64,000 nt of DNA from Harriotta raleighana (GCA_050575255.1 JBNZDD010013627.1:2690607-2754606); one strand, 5' to 3'; counted from the stretch's first letter, positions 50,381 to 62,630 are shown. The notes: generated by a model not told the origin, from the sequence alone. Numbers and translations are program-made.

Positions 50381-51074
50381 CTAGAATCAAAAATAAATTG
50401 AATTATTTTTAAGTAGAATTCTTAATAGGTATTAAATCTTACCGTGGAAAATTGTTCGAAGATTTTAAAAGTTGCCATCATTCTGGAAACTAAATACTGT
50501 ATAAAACAACCTCTGTACAAAATTTCAAATGAGTCGGGGTTGACTTATGTTCAATAAAAACTTTAAAATGGAAATGCAATGGAAATTCCTGTTCAGTAAT
50601 CCACAAGAATTTTGAGAGGACAGTGAGTCTACCTTCTATATAAGTGAGATTAGGACTTCATTGCATCCAATCTCTGGTATCAGTCTCTCTTTAACATATC
50701 CTATCTCCCCTACCCCCCTATCGTTTCTATTTTCTCAGCTAATTAAAGTACAGCCAGACATGTGGTTCCACTCCCAGACTCAATTGCCAATTAGGAAGGA
50801 AGCAAGAATGTCTCCCTAGTATCTGACTCATTGTCAGATTTCCTATCTTCAGCTCAGGCCATTGACACCACCAGAAACGATTGGGAAAATAATGAAAATA
50901 AACCATATTATCCATCAATACAAAAACATAACACAGTGAAGCACTGAAAGCCAATGCCACTCGTGTCTTAAGAAATATAAATTTCCCTTTTAAGTGCTAC
51001 ATTTTAAATTTTATTGAAGCTGTTCATCCATCAGTTATTCCAACTATTGACAACTCCACATTCAAATTTAAATA

Positions 51075-51504
51075 CAGTAAAATTCTGATAATCCGGCGAA
51101 TTCAGGACCCAGGAGGTGCCGGATTAGAGGATATGACGGATTATTGGACATTACTCTTAGGGATGGGAGGATTTGAGTATGATGTGCTCTTATCTATGTT
51201 ACATACCTGTATAGCGAAAACTAGAACTCTCCCCATCCGGGCGGAGCAGGTGGGACGCCTAAAGAGGCATCACACCCGCCGAAAGTTTTTAAAAATTGTG
51301 CGCGAACATGCATTTGATAAAGTGCGCATGCGCACTTATTAAACGTGACGTCAGTGACAGGCCCCCTAGGAAAATACACCGAGTGGTGTGAAGGCTTAAA
51401 CATGCCTCTGGGAAGAGATGCGCATAGAAAAAGACGCACAGTCACAGATGCCGGATTATAAAGCATTCCGGATTAATAGGTACCGGATCAAAGGAATTTT
51501 ACTG
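51075..51504. mobile_element. pogo/Tigger-like MITE, copy C (different family, CpG-rich core)
   Basis: TA|CAGTAAAATTCTGATAATCCGG ... CCGGATCAAAGGAATTTTACTG|TA, with repeated subterminal CCGGAT motifs. Confidence 0.8.
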
Positions 51505-51763
51505 TACATAGTTCAGATGTAAAAGATGTTTAATGGAATCAAGGTAATGCAGAATAATATTTTCAAATGCACCTGGACAGCATGACAACTGGACATAGGT
51601 TCATAGGTTGTGAATTTTAAGCTTTAGGGTGGATTCCAGCATTTATTTCTTTATAGTGAGATTAATTAACAACTTTGACGAATTACCAAGAGTGTCCAAG
51701 ACCAGGACAGATTGATGCAGCATCAATATACAGTACTTGCAATCTGCAATTTGGGGGAGATTA

Positions 51764-52081
51764 AATAATAATAATCCTTGCATTTGATATAACGCTTTTC
51801 ACGTCTTATCGACATCTCAAAGCGCTTTACAGAATATACTGTAAAGTGAATTGACTGTATATTTTATGGGCGAATCTCAGCAGCCAATTGCGCACAGCAG
51901 TATCCCACAAACAGTTGTGGATTGATATTACCAATTTTATTACTGTGTTGTTTTTTTGGAGGGATTATTATTAAGCGTGGAATAAGGAAATTTGCCCAAG
52001 GTTTCGCTTCTGACCTGCCTGGATTCAAAGACAGGACTCACGCTTGTAAGAGAGCTCTAACCACTGAGCTACAGCAGCTCC
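51764..52081 (-). mobile_element. tRNA-derived SINE
   Basis: 6490 family. Another copy at ~52813-53171 (-). Confidence 0.85.
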
Positions 52082-52567
52082 ACAAAATGGCTCAAACAGC
52101 TTTGTTCATCTAAGTCAATCTATCCTGTTGTAATGTTATCCATCTATTCAATTCTTATATTTCAACTTTTGTGGGAAAGCATTCCGAAATTTGGACTACT
52201 ATAAACATCCGGCCATTCACCACCAGCTTTGACATTTCATAGTCAATCGAGTCATAGTAACTTGTGGGAGCCTCTTTACACGATCTGTTTCTTAAATCAT
52301 GAATTTATCAATGGCTAAATCTACTCATCATAACCTTCGCAAAATTGCAGTCTTATTTTGACCTCGAGGCTGCTTCCATGTTGAAGCTGGAACGTATCTA
52401 GAAAACGAACTGAAAGTAAATCAGATTCAAATAAGGACATCTAATATTGTCCAGAATTTATATTCAATTGGATCTCGTAACATTTACACACTATCTCATG
52501 TGGGAAAAGTACATTGATCCCAGTGGGATAATACTTATGCCATGCTTTGTGATTGACAATTACAAAC

Positions 52568-52690
52568 CTGCATGATAAGGAAGTGTGGATTGTTAACGTT
52601 CAGGCCGACTGAACAGAACAGATCATATACCCTGGTGTTGTTGGCATTCACACCGTTGATCAGGTACTTATTTCTTCCACCAATAACCAC
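52568..52690 (-). CDS. SMC2: SMC2 exon 4 (Q-loop)
   Basis: [41 protein letters not shown], 123 nt. Confidence 0.96.
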
Positions 52691-53571
52691 CTGGAGAAAA
52701 CAAATATTCCATTTGAAACCATTTGTAATTATCACAATTATAAGGTAAGCAAAGTATTAAATTTTTTCTGAGGTTGCAAATACTCTAAATTAATAATAAG
52801 CCTTGTGTTGAACAATAATCTTTGCATTTAATATAGTGTCTTACCATATCTTCAAGAAGTCTCAAAGTGTTTCACAGAATATACTGTAAAGTGAATTGAC
52901 TCCACATTTATGTGGGCGAAAAGTGGCAGCCAATTGAACACAGCAATGTCCCCAAAACAGTCGTGGATTGTTGTAACCAATTTATTCTTATTTATTTATT
53001 TGACGGAATTATTACCCCTAGAAAAATGATCCACCGATTGACTAACAACCAAGCTCATACACACTGCTAGATAAACAGAGGCATTTGGAGTTAGGAAACT
53101 TGCCTAACATGCCGGGAATCAAACACAGGCCCTGCCAGGCAAGTGCTCTAGCAACTAAGATACAGGATTCTACTGTACTTTATCACATAAATTACAGTAG
53201 AAACAGCATTAGAGAAATGAATTCTCCAAACACTGGCTGTCTCCATTATTTAAAAATAAATTACCCAGGAAACATCCCAATATTTTCTTTCTGTAGGATT
53301 TGTGGTGAGAAGAGAGCTAGCAAATATATTGACAACACTTAACCTGCTCCAACGAAGAGTTAGCTACCTATACAATTCGATTTGCTTTTCGATAAATAGA
53401 TTGGAGTAATAAACTATTCAAATCCAAGTTGGTGAATTTTGCTGGCACTTTCGGTTAACCCCCCACATACTCTTGACTCTCAGTTGACTGTATGAAGCAC
53501 TTTGAGATATCCGCTCAACAATAACAAAATTACATTTATAGAGCATGAAAGATGATGCAGTATTTAGTATA

Positions 53572-54477
53572 CAGTAAAATCTTGTTTATCCGGCACCTAC
53601 GGGATCTGGCCAATGGCAGTTAAACTGTTTTTCCGGTTGAACGGATTTTTAAAAATATATATATATATAAAACTAAAAATTATTTTAACACATACCATAT
53701 TAATAATAGACTAAATAATAACAGAATATTCTATTAGTACATTATTATTTATACTCAACTTCGCAATCGCATCACTGATTCAATGGGAGGTAAAACAAAA
53801 CGCGACTTTAAAAAGCAACAAGTGTAGACCTAACGGCCAGCACACACACATAGACACACAGACCCTCAAAGATATTCAGTCTGAATCCATCATATAAATT
53901 TTGTCCATAATCCTTACCCCCCCTCGCTTTCCTCTCTCTCCCTCCCTCTCTCTCTACATCAACCTGCCTGCCATTCTCTCTCTCTCGCTCCACTATGCTT
54001 TTCCCCATCTCAGCCTCAGAGAGAGAGACTGAGAGAGAGAAACTGTGATTGGGAGAGAGATTCAGAGAGAGAGAGAGACTATGATTGGGGGAGAGAGAGA
54101 GAGAGAGAGAGAGACTGAGAGAGAGATACTGTGATTGGGGAAGAGTGAGACACTGAGAGAGAGCGACTGAGAGAGAGACTATGATTAGGGGAGAGAGAGT
54201 GTGAGAGAGAGACTGTGATTGGGGGAGAGAGTGTGAGAGAGAGAGAGACTGTGATCGGGCTGGGGAGAGAGACACACCCCCTTTGGAGCCCATGCTCCAA
54301 CTCATGCGAACGAGGTATAAAAAAAAAGGACTTTGAAAGGACCCGGAACAAGTTTTGACCCGACATTAAACACGTCACCAAATAATTTCCGGTTAATCGA
54401 ATCGGGACTTTTTTTTTGAGATGGCGGTTGAATGGGTTTTCCGATTATTCGAGTCACGAATAAAAAGGGTTTTACTG
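53572..54477 (+). mobile_element. pogo/Tigger-like MITE, copy D, with an internal (GA)n-CTGTGATTGGGG minisatellite (~54018-54270)
   Basis: TA|CAGTAAAATCTTGTTTATCC ... GAATAAAAAGGGTTTTACTG|TA. Internal sequence is the reverse complement of much of copy B. Confidence 0.85.
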
Positions 54478-54644
54478 TAACTTGTTACAAAGACTGTCTG
54501 TATAATTTTATTCACAGTACAAATAAGAGAAACTAAAATTTTCAGCTACTGGTACCATCAAAATTACTGAACAAATGGATTTCAGAATTTCCTCCATCTT
54601 CAGTATTAAAGCCATATTTTCTAAGGATAGGCAGATTGGCAAAA

Positions 54645-55790
54645 ATAAATTACATTTGTACAGGCCCTTGCATGTTGGGAGGACGTCTCAAGGCACTGAA
54701 CAGTCAAGAATGTGAACCTTAGCAGGGCATTGGGATCAAGAGGGGTGGAGGGCAGGGGTAGGAGGGTGGCCGAAGGCGTGGTTGAAGAGAAGGGTCTTGA
54801 GATCTGCTCAGATATTGCTCAGCGGAGGAAGCGTATGGGGTTAGCATGTCACAGAGGTAGGAAGGAGCATAGCCATGAAGGGACTTAAAGGCAAGGACGA
54901 GGATTTTGAATATCCTATGAGGGATGGGGGAGCCAGTGGAGCTGGGCGAGGGTGGAGATGATGTGTTCATGGAGCCTGGTGTGGGAAGAGGACACAAGTT
55001 GCAGAATTCTGGATGATTCCGAAATGAGAGGACATAGTCTTAAAATTAGAACCAGGCTATTTAAGAGTGAAATCAGGAAGCATTTTTTCACTCAAAGTGT
55101 GATAGAAATCGGGAATTCTCTCCTCCAAACGGTTGTGGATGCTGGATCAAGAGTGAGGTTGGTAAGAGTTTTGGTAGGTCGGGATATTACAGGATATGGG
55201 GAGAAAGCAGGAAATTGGAATTGAAAGGATAAGTTGAGCTACAGATCAGCCAAGCAAGATCTAATTAACTGGTGGAACAGACTTGAAGGGCTAAATTGCC
55301 TACTCCTGTTCCTATGATCGGCAACTTGTGGAAGGAAGAGTTGGGAAGGCCAACAAGCACGGAGTTGGCATAGTCGAGGTTTGTTGAATGTGTGGATGAG
55401 GGTTTTAGCGACCTGTGTGGAGAGGCAGTGTCGGAGCCCAGCAATGTTGTGGAGGTGGAGGAAGGCAGAGGGGGACATAGCCTGGATGTGGAACAGTTGA
55501 GTCAAACAAGATCCCAAGGTTCCGGACTGGCTTAGTGAGTTGGAGTGTGGAGCTGGAGTGGCCAACATCTATGGATGGTGACGCTGCTTAATCAGGAGAG
55601 CTTTCGTCTTGTTGAAGTTCAACTGGAGAATGTTAGCACTCATCCAGGACTTGATGTCCGACAGAGATTGTCAGGACACCAGTGGTCCTGGAGTCGAAGG
55701 TGGAGGCAGAGATAGTGTCAGGTGTCATCTGCATATATATGGAAGTTGACCCTATGTCGACGCAGAATGTCACCAAGAGGGAGCATATAT
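54645..55790 (-). mobile_element. L2 LINE fragment (YADD RT motif) interrupted by a CR1 3' end (55019-55316, +)
   Basis: ORFs YMLPLGDILRRHRVNFHIYADDT and FKILVLAFKSLHG. CR1 motif RGHSLKIR...RKHFFTQ. Confidence 0.85.
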
Positions 55791-56522
55791 AGATACAATA
55801 TATATTTGATGGAAGAGGAGGGGATTAAGGACAGAGCCCTAAGGAACAGTGCACAAGACATGGTGAGAACCACAGAAGAAGATGCATTAACCAGAGGCAG
55901 AATGCATAACAAATTATTGAGCTAGCTGAATCCATTTTAGGGTTAATGCAGAAGAAAAAAAAATATAAGCCAGGTTAAGATTTCATTTGGAGAATAACAA
56001 ATACCAATGGAAAGTAATAGAAGCAAGAGATTCAGATGACAATTTGCATAACCCAAATATTAGTTTGCAAACTTACATCCCCAGGTATCCATATCCTAAA
56101 AGACCATGCATACAGGCACCAAATCATTCTCCTCTTAAACTATTAGTTTTTTTTGTCTTAAAATTTAAAGTCATACAGAATTGTGGAATATTCTTAAATT
56201 TGTTCTTCATTTGGAAGCTTGTTTTCCTCAGTTCTTTAAAGAATCGGCTTCCAAATTAAGGTGAAATTAACACTCAATGTAAGAATTTCCCAAAATGTTG
56301 TGCAAAGTTAAATGTTATGCCTAAAACTAGTTGAATATTTGGGAGCTCTTGCTTTGCCATACAGTGACCTGCCAACTCTGGAGAAAGGGAATCAAGTTAC
56401 AGGGCTAGTTTGTGTGACTAGGCACATTGATCCAATAAATAGTATGACTTAGTTTCCTTTAGAATGGACCTACTCAATGATTTGGAACATGAAGGCATAC
56501 AATAAAATCATTGAAAACATAC

Positions 56523-56672
56523 CTGTCTGGAGACTGTAATTTCGTCATGTATCTCAAAGCCCAAGGGACTTTGCTTTTTATCCATGTTGTCAAAGGTAAT
56601 CGAAACAGTAGCTTTTGTAATTCCTGCTTGTCCATTTTTGTAGACTAAATCCTGAAGATTTGAGGCTCGGAC
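56523..56672 (-). CDS. SMC2: SMC2 exon 3
   Basis: [50 protein letters not shown], 150 nt. Confidence 0.96.
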
Positions 56673-57279
56673 CTTATAACAGAATATTTCAATGAAATTC
56701 AGGTAGAACCACACGGGTTTTTTTTTTTAAAAAAAACTTAATTCTTCAAGGTAATTTTTCTTTCTCTGTCCGGCTTTTNAACAGAATATTTCAATGAAAT
56801 TCAGGTAGAACCACACGGGTTTTTAAAAAAAAAAAAACTTAATTCTTCAAGGTAATTTTTCTTTCTCTGTCCGGCTTTTAACCAGCGGGAGTTTAAAGAG
56901 GGCATGAAAAAAAAATGGTGTAGGAAATTAGATAGTAAGAAAATAATGCTACTCTGTACTATATAAACGCAGGTAAAGTTAAACAGGTAGGCTTCTAGGC
57001 TGACAGTTTCTAGTGGAGTGGGGAAGTGCTGCATTGCTGGATGCTGCAAGTGCTGTATGTCAGATGAGACAGTAAACTGAGGTTCTGTCTGCCTGTTTAG
57101 GTGGACATTAAAGAACCCATAACACTATTGGAAAAGAGAGGTAATGTTTCCTGCTGACCTGGCAAATTGGTCTGTTAAATTGGTTATTCACCTTCAGATT
57201 GTACCGTATATAAACGTTTTTTTTAAAATTGGGCCACAGGGATTCAGCATCAAGAATGCATTACTGTACTAACTAAACG

Positions 57280-57603
57280 TGGAGTCCTGTAGCTCAATGG
57301 TCAGAGCTCTCCCTTAGCAAGCGAAAGACCCGAGTTTGATTCCTGGCAGGGAGAAACCTTGGGCAAGTTACCCTACTCTACATGCTTGATAATAATCCCT
57401 CATGAAATAAATAGAATTTAAAAAATATATTTAGTCACTCAATCCATGACTTTGTGGGACACTGCTGTGCGCAATTGGCTTCTGTGTTTTATCCACAAAT
57501 ATACAGTCAATTCACTTTAGAGTACATTCTGTGAAGCACTTTAAAAACGTCTCTAGAAGATGAGGAAAGTGCTACATCCAATGCAAGGATTATTATATTA
57601 TTA
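57280..57603 (+). mobile_element. tRNA-derived SINE
   Basis: 6490 family. Confidence 0.85.
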
Positions 57604-58069
57604 TAATCTACTGGGTTACAAATCAAAATAAATAGAAAAGTTCAAGCTGCTCTCAATTCCCTCAAATACAAGAGATACCCAAAAAATAAAAATCCAACTT
57701 ATTTTTGGCAATTTTCCTTCAAGAAACATACCTTAATCAATTGTACCTTAGGAACAAAAATATTGATAAACACTCAAACTTGGAACAGACGACTTTCATT
57801 ATCATTAATTCATCACAACACAATAATGGCCAAAATAAAATAATAATAAATTGGTCACTCAAACCACGACTGTTTGTGGGACACTACTGTGCACAATTGG
57901 CTGCCATGTTTCACCCACAAAATATATTCTGTGATGCTTTGAGACGTCTCAAACAAGTGATATGCACTATACCAATTTTAAGGATTATTTATTATTATTA
58001 TTAGCACCAGCATCTGCTAGACAGCTGCCAGGAAATTAATAGTACGTAGTGTGATGGGATGTGAGGAGC

Positions 58070-59005
58070 ATACCTATTCCCTGTGCAGAAGAAAGGTTTT
58101 GAGAGGCACCTTCAAGGAGACAAGGGAGGGAGCGAGGGGAAGTGAATGTGAGATGGGCACAAAGGCTGAAGGTCCAGCTGCCGATGGTGGAGCTGGCTGG
58201 GCGGGAGACCTGGAGCAGGCCAGAGCTTGCTGAGCGTAGGGAACGGACAGGTCAGTGGGCACAGAGGTAGGGAGAGGCAAGGCCGTGGAGGGCCTTTAAA
58301 GTGAGGCTGAGGATTTGGAATACCATCCTCTGGGGGATGGGGACCAGGGAGCCAGTGGAGCCAGGCGAGGGTGGGGGTGATGGGAGTCACGGAGTCTGAT
58401 GCAGGAAAGGTCATGAGCTGCAGAGTTCTGGATGATCTGCAGCTTGTGGAGGGAAGATTTAGGGAGGCCGACAACGAGGGAGTTACCATAGTTGAGCCTA
58501 GATGTGATGAATGCAATGGAAGAGGGTCTTGGAGGTTCTGACAACAAAATTACATTTGTACAGAGCCATTGATGTCTGGAGGAAGTCCAAAGGCTCTGGA
58601 CAGTCAATGTTTTGGACTCAAGCTGGGGGGGGGGGTGGGATCATGGATGGTGGAGGGCAGGGAGGAAAGTGTGGTTATTGAAGACACAGTTGAAGAGGAG
58701 GGTCTTGAAGGAGGCAAGGGAGGGAGCGAGGCGGAGGGATTGCCGGACGGAGTTCCAGATGGAGGTCCATTCCTCTGGAACTCCCAATGCCCTCTGATGT
58801 GAGCCAATCAGGAGGGTTTCAGTCTTGTTGACGTTCAACTGTAGAAAGTTAGCTCTCATCCAGGACTTGAGAGTCTGCCAGGACAGCAGTGGTCCTGGAG
58901 TTGAGAGTGTAGGCAGAGAGAATCAGTTGATTGGCATCTGCAAACACGTGGAAATTGACTCCACGTCTGCGGATGACGTCACCAAGAAAGAGCATATAGA
59001 GACTG
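58070..59005 (-). mobile_element. Nested L2 LINE fragments
   Basis: ITSRLNYGNSLVVGLP, NFLQLNVNKTE and FHVFADANQL motifs. Internal L2 tail at ~58540-58780. Confidence 0.8.
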
Positions 59006-59141
59006 ATTAAAGCGTGCCGCATTGTCAAATAAATTGACCACATATTTTGTGGGCGAAACACAGCATCCAATGACGCACACAAATGTCCCACAAAGTACTG
59101 TATTCCCGTTCCTGGCGTGGTCGCCGGGGCACAGCCCGCAC

Positions 59142-59309
59142 CTGGGATAGGTTGCTGATGCCGAGAAGGAAGCAGATGGAGTCCAGGATGTTGGACTTGC
59201 CGCTGCCATTCAGGCCGGTGATTGCGTTGAAGAATGGGTCGAAGCCAATGACCTCTGTCCTCTGTGCGTAAGACTTGAAGCCCTCGAGGATGATGGATTT
59301 TATGTACAT
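59142..59309 (-). CDS. SMC2: SMC2 exon 2 (first coding exon, Walker A)
   Basis: ATG at 59309. [56 protein letters not shown], donor GTGCGG. All 24 coding exons sum to 3600 nt in frame. Confidence 0.97.
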
Positions 59310-59319
59310 TGTTTTACCC

Positions 59320-59880
59320 TCACAGACAGTCACTGACCCCTCCTACAGACAGACAAGCAGTCACAAACCACCCTCCCACCACCACCCACTGACAGACAAA
59401 CAGTTATTGACTCCCCCCACCCACAGACACTCACTGACCCCCCCACACAGTCACTGACCTCCCCACAGACACTCACTGTCCCCCACAGACACTCACTGAC
59501 CTCCCCACAGACACTCACTGACCCCCCTACAGTCACTGTCCCACGAACACAGTCCCTGACCCCCCTACACACACTGACTGTCCTCCAGACACCCACTCTA
59601 CCCCATAGACACTCACTCACTGTCCAGCACAAACAGTCACTGTTCCCCAAAGACACTGTTGCCCCCCCTCACACACTCACTGTCCCCCCACACACACTCA
59701 CTGTCCCCCACACTCACTGTCCCCCCACACACACTCACTGTCCCCCACACACACACTCACTGTCCCCCCCCACACTCACTGTCCCCCCCCCACACACTCA
59801 CTGTCCCCCCCACACTCACTGTCCCCCCCACACACACACTCACTGTCCCCCACACTCACTGTCCCCCCCACACACACAGA
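59320..59880. repeat. Minisatellite, unit ~17-22 bp (CACTCACTGTCCCCC(CA)n)
   Basis: Directly visible tandem array, homogeneous at 59670-59870 and degenerate towards the ATG. Confidence 0.92.
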
Positions 59881-59912
59881 CAGACGCTCGCGCCGCCGCC
59901 GCCTCTTCCGTC

Positions 59913-59989
59913 TTCAAATCTGGCGCCAAACATCCCTGCTCAGGACCCTGCTCTGAGAAGCCCGGCCTCTGCCTCCCCTTCCTTTTATA
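59913..59989 (-). promoter_or_regulatory. SMC2: SMC2 promoter: TATAAAAG (59989-59982) and TTTGGCGC-N4-TTTGAA E2F/CHR tandem (59930-59913)
   Basis: Exact motifs in a CpG-rich patch. The 4-nt spacing is canonical for DREAM/MuvB-regulated cell-cycle genes. Confidence 0.75.
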
Positions 59990-60117
59990 AATTTTGTTTT
60001 CATTTCAATTCATAGGCGATCATTTTTTCGGCGACCGTTTATTTGATGCGGTTTGATGTAATGCAATGAATGAAACGCAGCATATTTATTACGCGTTAAA
60101 ACCCGCTTTGTTTTTCT

Positions 60118-60245
60118 CCAGTTCTGACGAACGATCGTGGACCCGAAACATTGACTCACTTTCCTTTCTCCATGGATGCTGCCTGACCTGCTGAGTTTCC
60201 CCAGCAACTTCTGTGTGGTTTTTTTTCTCTCTCTTTCTTTTCAGG
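60118..60245 (+). mobile_element. Penelope-like terminal repeat with a degenerate hammerhead core
   Basis: AGTT-CTGACGA-ACGATC-GTG-GACCC-GAAA-CATT-GACT...GCTGCCTGACCTGCTGAG. Confidence 0.6.
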
Positions 60246-60476
60246 CACCCTGTACGCCTGCCTAACGTTGGGGGCCTCGAGTTCAAAATAAGAAACGTCA
60301 CGGAGAAAGGCGGGGCGAAATGTGGAGATTGACGGCTGCTCTTAAAGGGACATCCACCCCATCATTTATTGAAGGAAAACAGTGGGTGATGTGACTGGGT
60401 GGGGTAAATAACATCTGGGAGGTTAGGCCATCGTTGATCATTACAATGGCTTCAATCCACTGTTGTTTGTGCCCCA

Positions 60477-60650
60477 AGTCAATCCACGACCGTTTGTGGG
60501 ATATTGCTGTACGCAATTGGCTGCTGCATTTCACCCACACAATATACAGACAATTCACTTTCATTACAGTATATTCTGTGAAGTGCTTTGAGACACCTTG
60601 AAGACATGATAAGGCGCTGTATCAAATGCAAGGATTACTATTATTATTTA
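60477..60650 (+). mobile_element. SINE body and tail
   Basis: 6490 family. Confidence 0.8.
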
Positions 60651-60829
60651 TTTAGTGTTTCTTGTCTCACACTGGAGATCTCTAAAGCACAATCAATCAG
60701 TTTCAAGGAGAGATAAAGAGAGGAGTTAGGAGAAAGCGAAAGAACAAGGGGAACTGTAGCGCAGTGATTGGAGCACTCACCTTACAAGTGTGAGACCTGT
60801 GTGTTTTTCCTTACTCCACACGCCTAATA

Positions 60830-61920
60830 AATGTGAGGCGATCTCTGGATTACTGTATGTGGTGCAAGTCTGGCCTTTGACCAAAAACAGTGCCACCTTC
60901 AATTTTATCTGGAGTTCTAGGATGGATCGTGTCCACAGAACCACGAAGCACAAGGCTCCAGAAAAGGGAGGGAATGGTGTCCATGATATAGCTTGGACTC
61001 TCACGGCCACCTTTCTGTGTGGCTGTGTGAAAATATGCCCGGAACCCCGATATGAGGGCACTGCGTGCAGATGTATGCTAGGCTTCTATCTGTATCCAAT
61101 GCTAAGAAGGCTTGGGATAACGGAACTACCACGGAACACCCCTCTGAGTTGGGAGTGTCCCTGGGTATTTGAAAGAAATAAAGACATTTCCAACTCAGAA
61201 CTAGGTGGATCCTTCTCGGATTCCCAGGTGGTCAGCGTGGACAGTGGTAGACACCATACGAGAAAGAGAGGTGAGGGAAACTTTGGTGGGGTATCCTTCG
61301 GCGACCGTGTCAGATCTGGGAGAATGTCTAGTCCCCAGCTGTGACTAACAAACACCAGGATGTGGCCTGGATGGCAGTCAAACGAGCTTTGGCCCTCCAT
61401 ACCTTTATGTATCATAGAGGCTTGGGGCCATCCAAATACTGCCCTCGGGACGGTGGCGGGGGGAAGGAGAACGAGGAACATCTGTTCCTACATTGCGCCT
61501 ATACCAAGGAGGTGTGGAGAGTGCCTACTCTTGCGCTTCATCTCGGGAGTCCCTCTGCCACAGCCAATATATGGCCTCTTCTCGGGTCGCACGAGGTGAC
61601 TGACATCCAATGCGCCTGGAGGGTCATCAGCTCGGTAAAGGAAGGCCTTTGGGTCTTCCGGAACTGGGAGGTCTCCAGGTGTGGAGATAGATCGGTGAAA
61701 GCCTGCCAAAGACTGGTGATGGCAAGAGTCAGGGAGTACATCACCAGGGACACGCTGGAGATAGGCTCGGACGAGGCCAAGGACAGGTGGGACCTGACCC
61801 CGCCCAGGCAACCCCAACGTGGCAGGGTACCTGTGCTCAGTGCTGTAAAAGGGACGCTCAACCTGTAACCAGAGAGCATCCCGAAATGCATGGTGTATCT
61901 GGTTTAGGTGGGGGGTAAAG
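60830..61920 (+). mobile_element. Tx1/L1-clade non-LTR retrotransposon, degenerate ORF2 C-terminus
   Basis: KHQDVAWMAVKRAL...CPRDGGGGKENEEHLFLHC zinc-knuckle (zf-RVT-like) and KAPEKGG..V.DI motif, with frameshifts. Confidence 0.75.
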
Positions 61921-61949
61921 TCTCTCCATCAGCCCTTTCACACCTTAAC

Positions 61950-62630
61950 CGTTGACAGCATCATTATCCAGGGTTACAAACTCCACCTCACCGAGCCAGT
62001 CCACAATCTTGGCGTCTTGTTCGACCCTCAACTATCCTTTCTATCCCATATCTGTGCTATGGCCCTCTCTGCCGCCACCCACCTTCGCAACATTGCCCGA
62101 CTCCACCATATTCCCATACCACAGGCTGCCAAAACTCTCATACATGCATTCATAATATCCAGGCTTGACTTCAACCTCCTTACTTGTCAGGCTCCCCAAC
62201 TCCTCCCTCTACAGGCTGCAAATCATCCAGAACTCTGCAGCCCGTGTCCTCTTCCTCACTGGGTTCTATGACTATATCACCCCCATCCTCACCTAACTCA
62301 CTGGCTTCCCTTAACCCAGAGGATATAGTTCAAGATCCTGGTCCTCACCTTTAAAGCCCTCCATAGACTCGCTCCCCACTACCTCTGCAACCTCCTAACC
62401 CCCTACCAATCTGTCCGCTCTCTGCTCAGCACGCTCCAGCCTGCATCACGTCCCCAATCATTGGCAGAAGGGCCTTCATCCTCTGCAACTCCATCCATGT
62501 CCCTTCACCTCATCCCATCCCTTTCCTCCTTCAAGACCTATCTCAAGTCCCTCCTCCTTGATGTGTTTTCGATCAACCTCCTTCACCCCCGCCCTCCACT
62601 CTCCTCAGTCCTGACCCCCAGCTCGGATCC
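61950..62630 (+). mobile_element. L2 LINE 3' fragment
   Basis: FDPQLSFLSHI...HLRNIARL...AKTLIHAFIISRLD. Confidence 0.85.

Noticed and set aside
56678-56880. ~100-bp tandem duplication next to the exon 3 acceptor
   Set aside because: N at 56779. The copies differ only in T/A homopolymer lengths, so artefact or heterozygosity.
59320-59880. CRISPR-like array
   Set aside because: Vertebrate DNA, no unique spacers and no cas genes. It is a minisatellite (the same applies to 54018-54270).
60749-60840. Target-specific Tx1 insertion into a tRNA-like SINE head
   Set aside because: Only the truncated 5' side abuts the SINE. The SINE does not resume after the 3' end and no TSD is visible.
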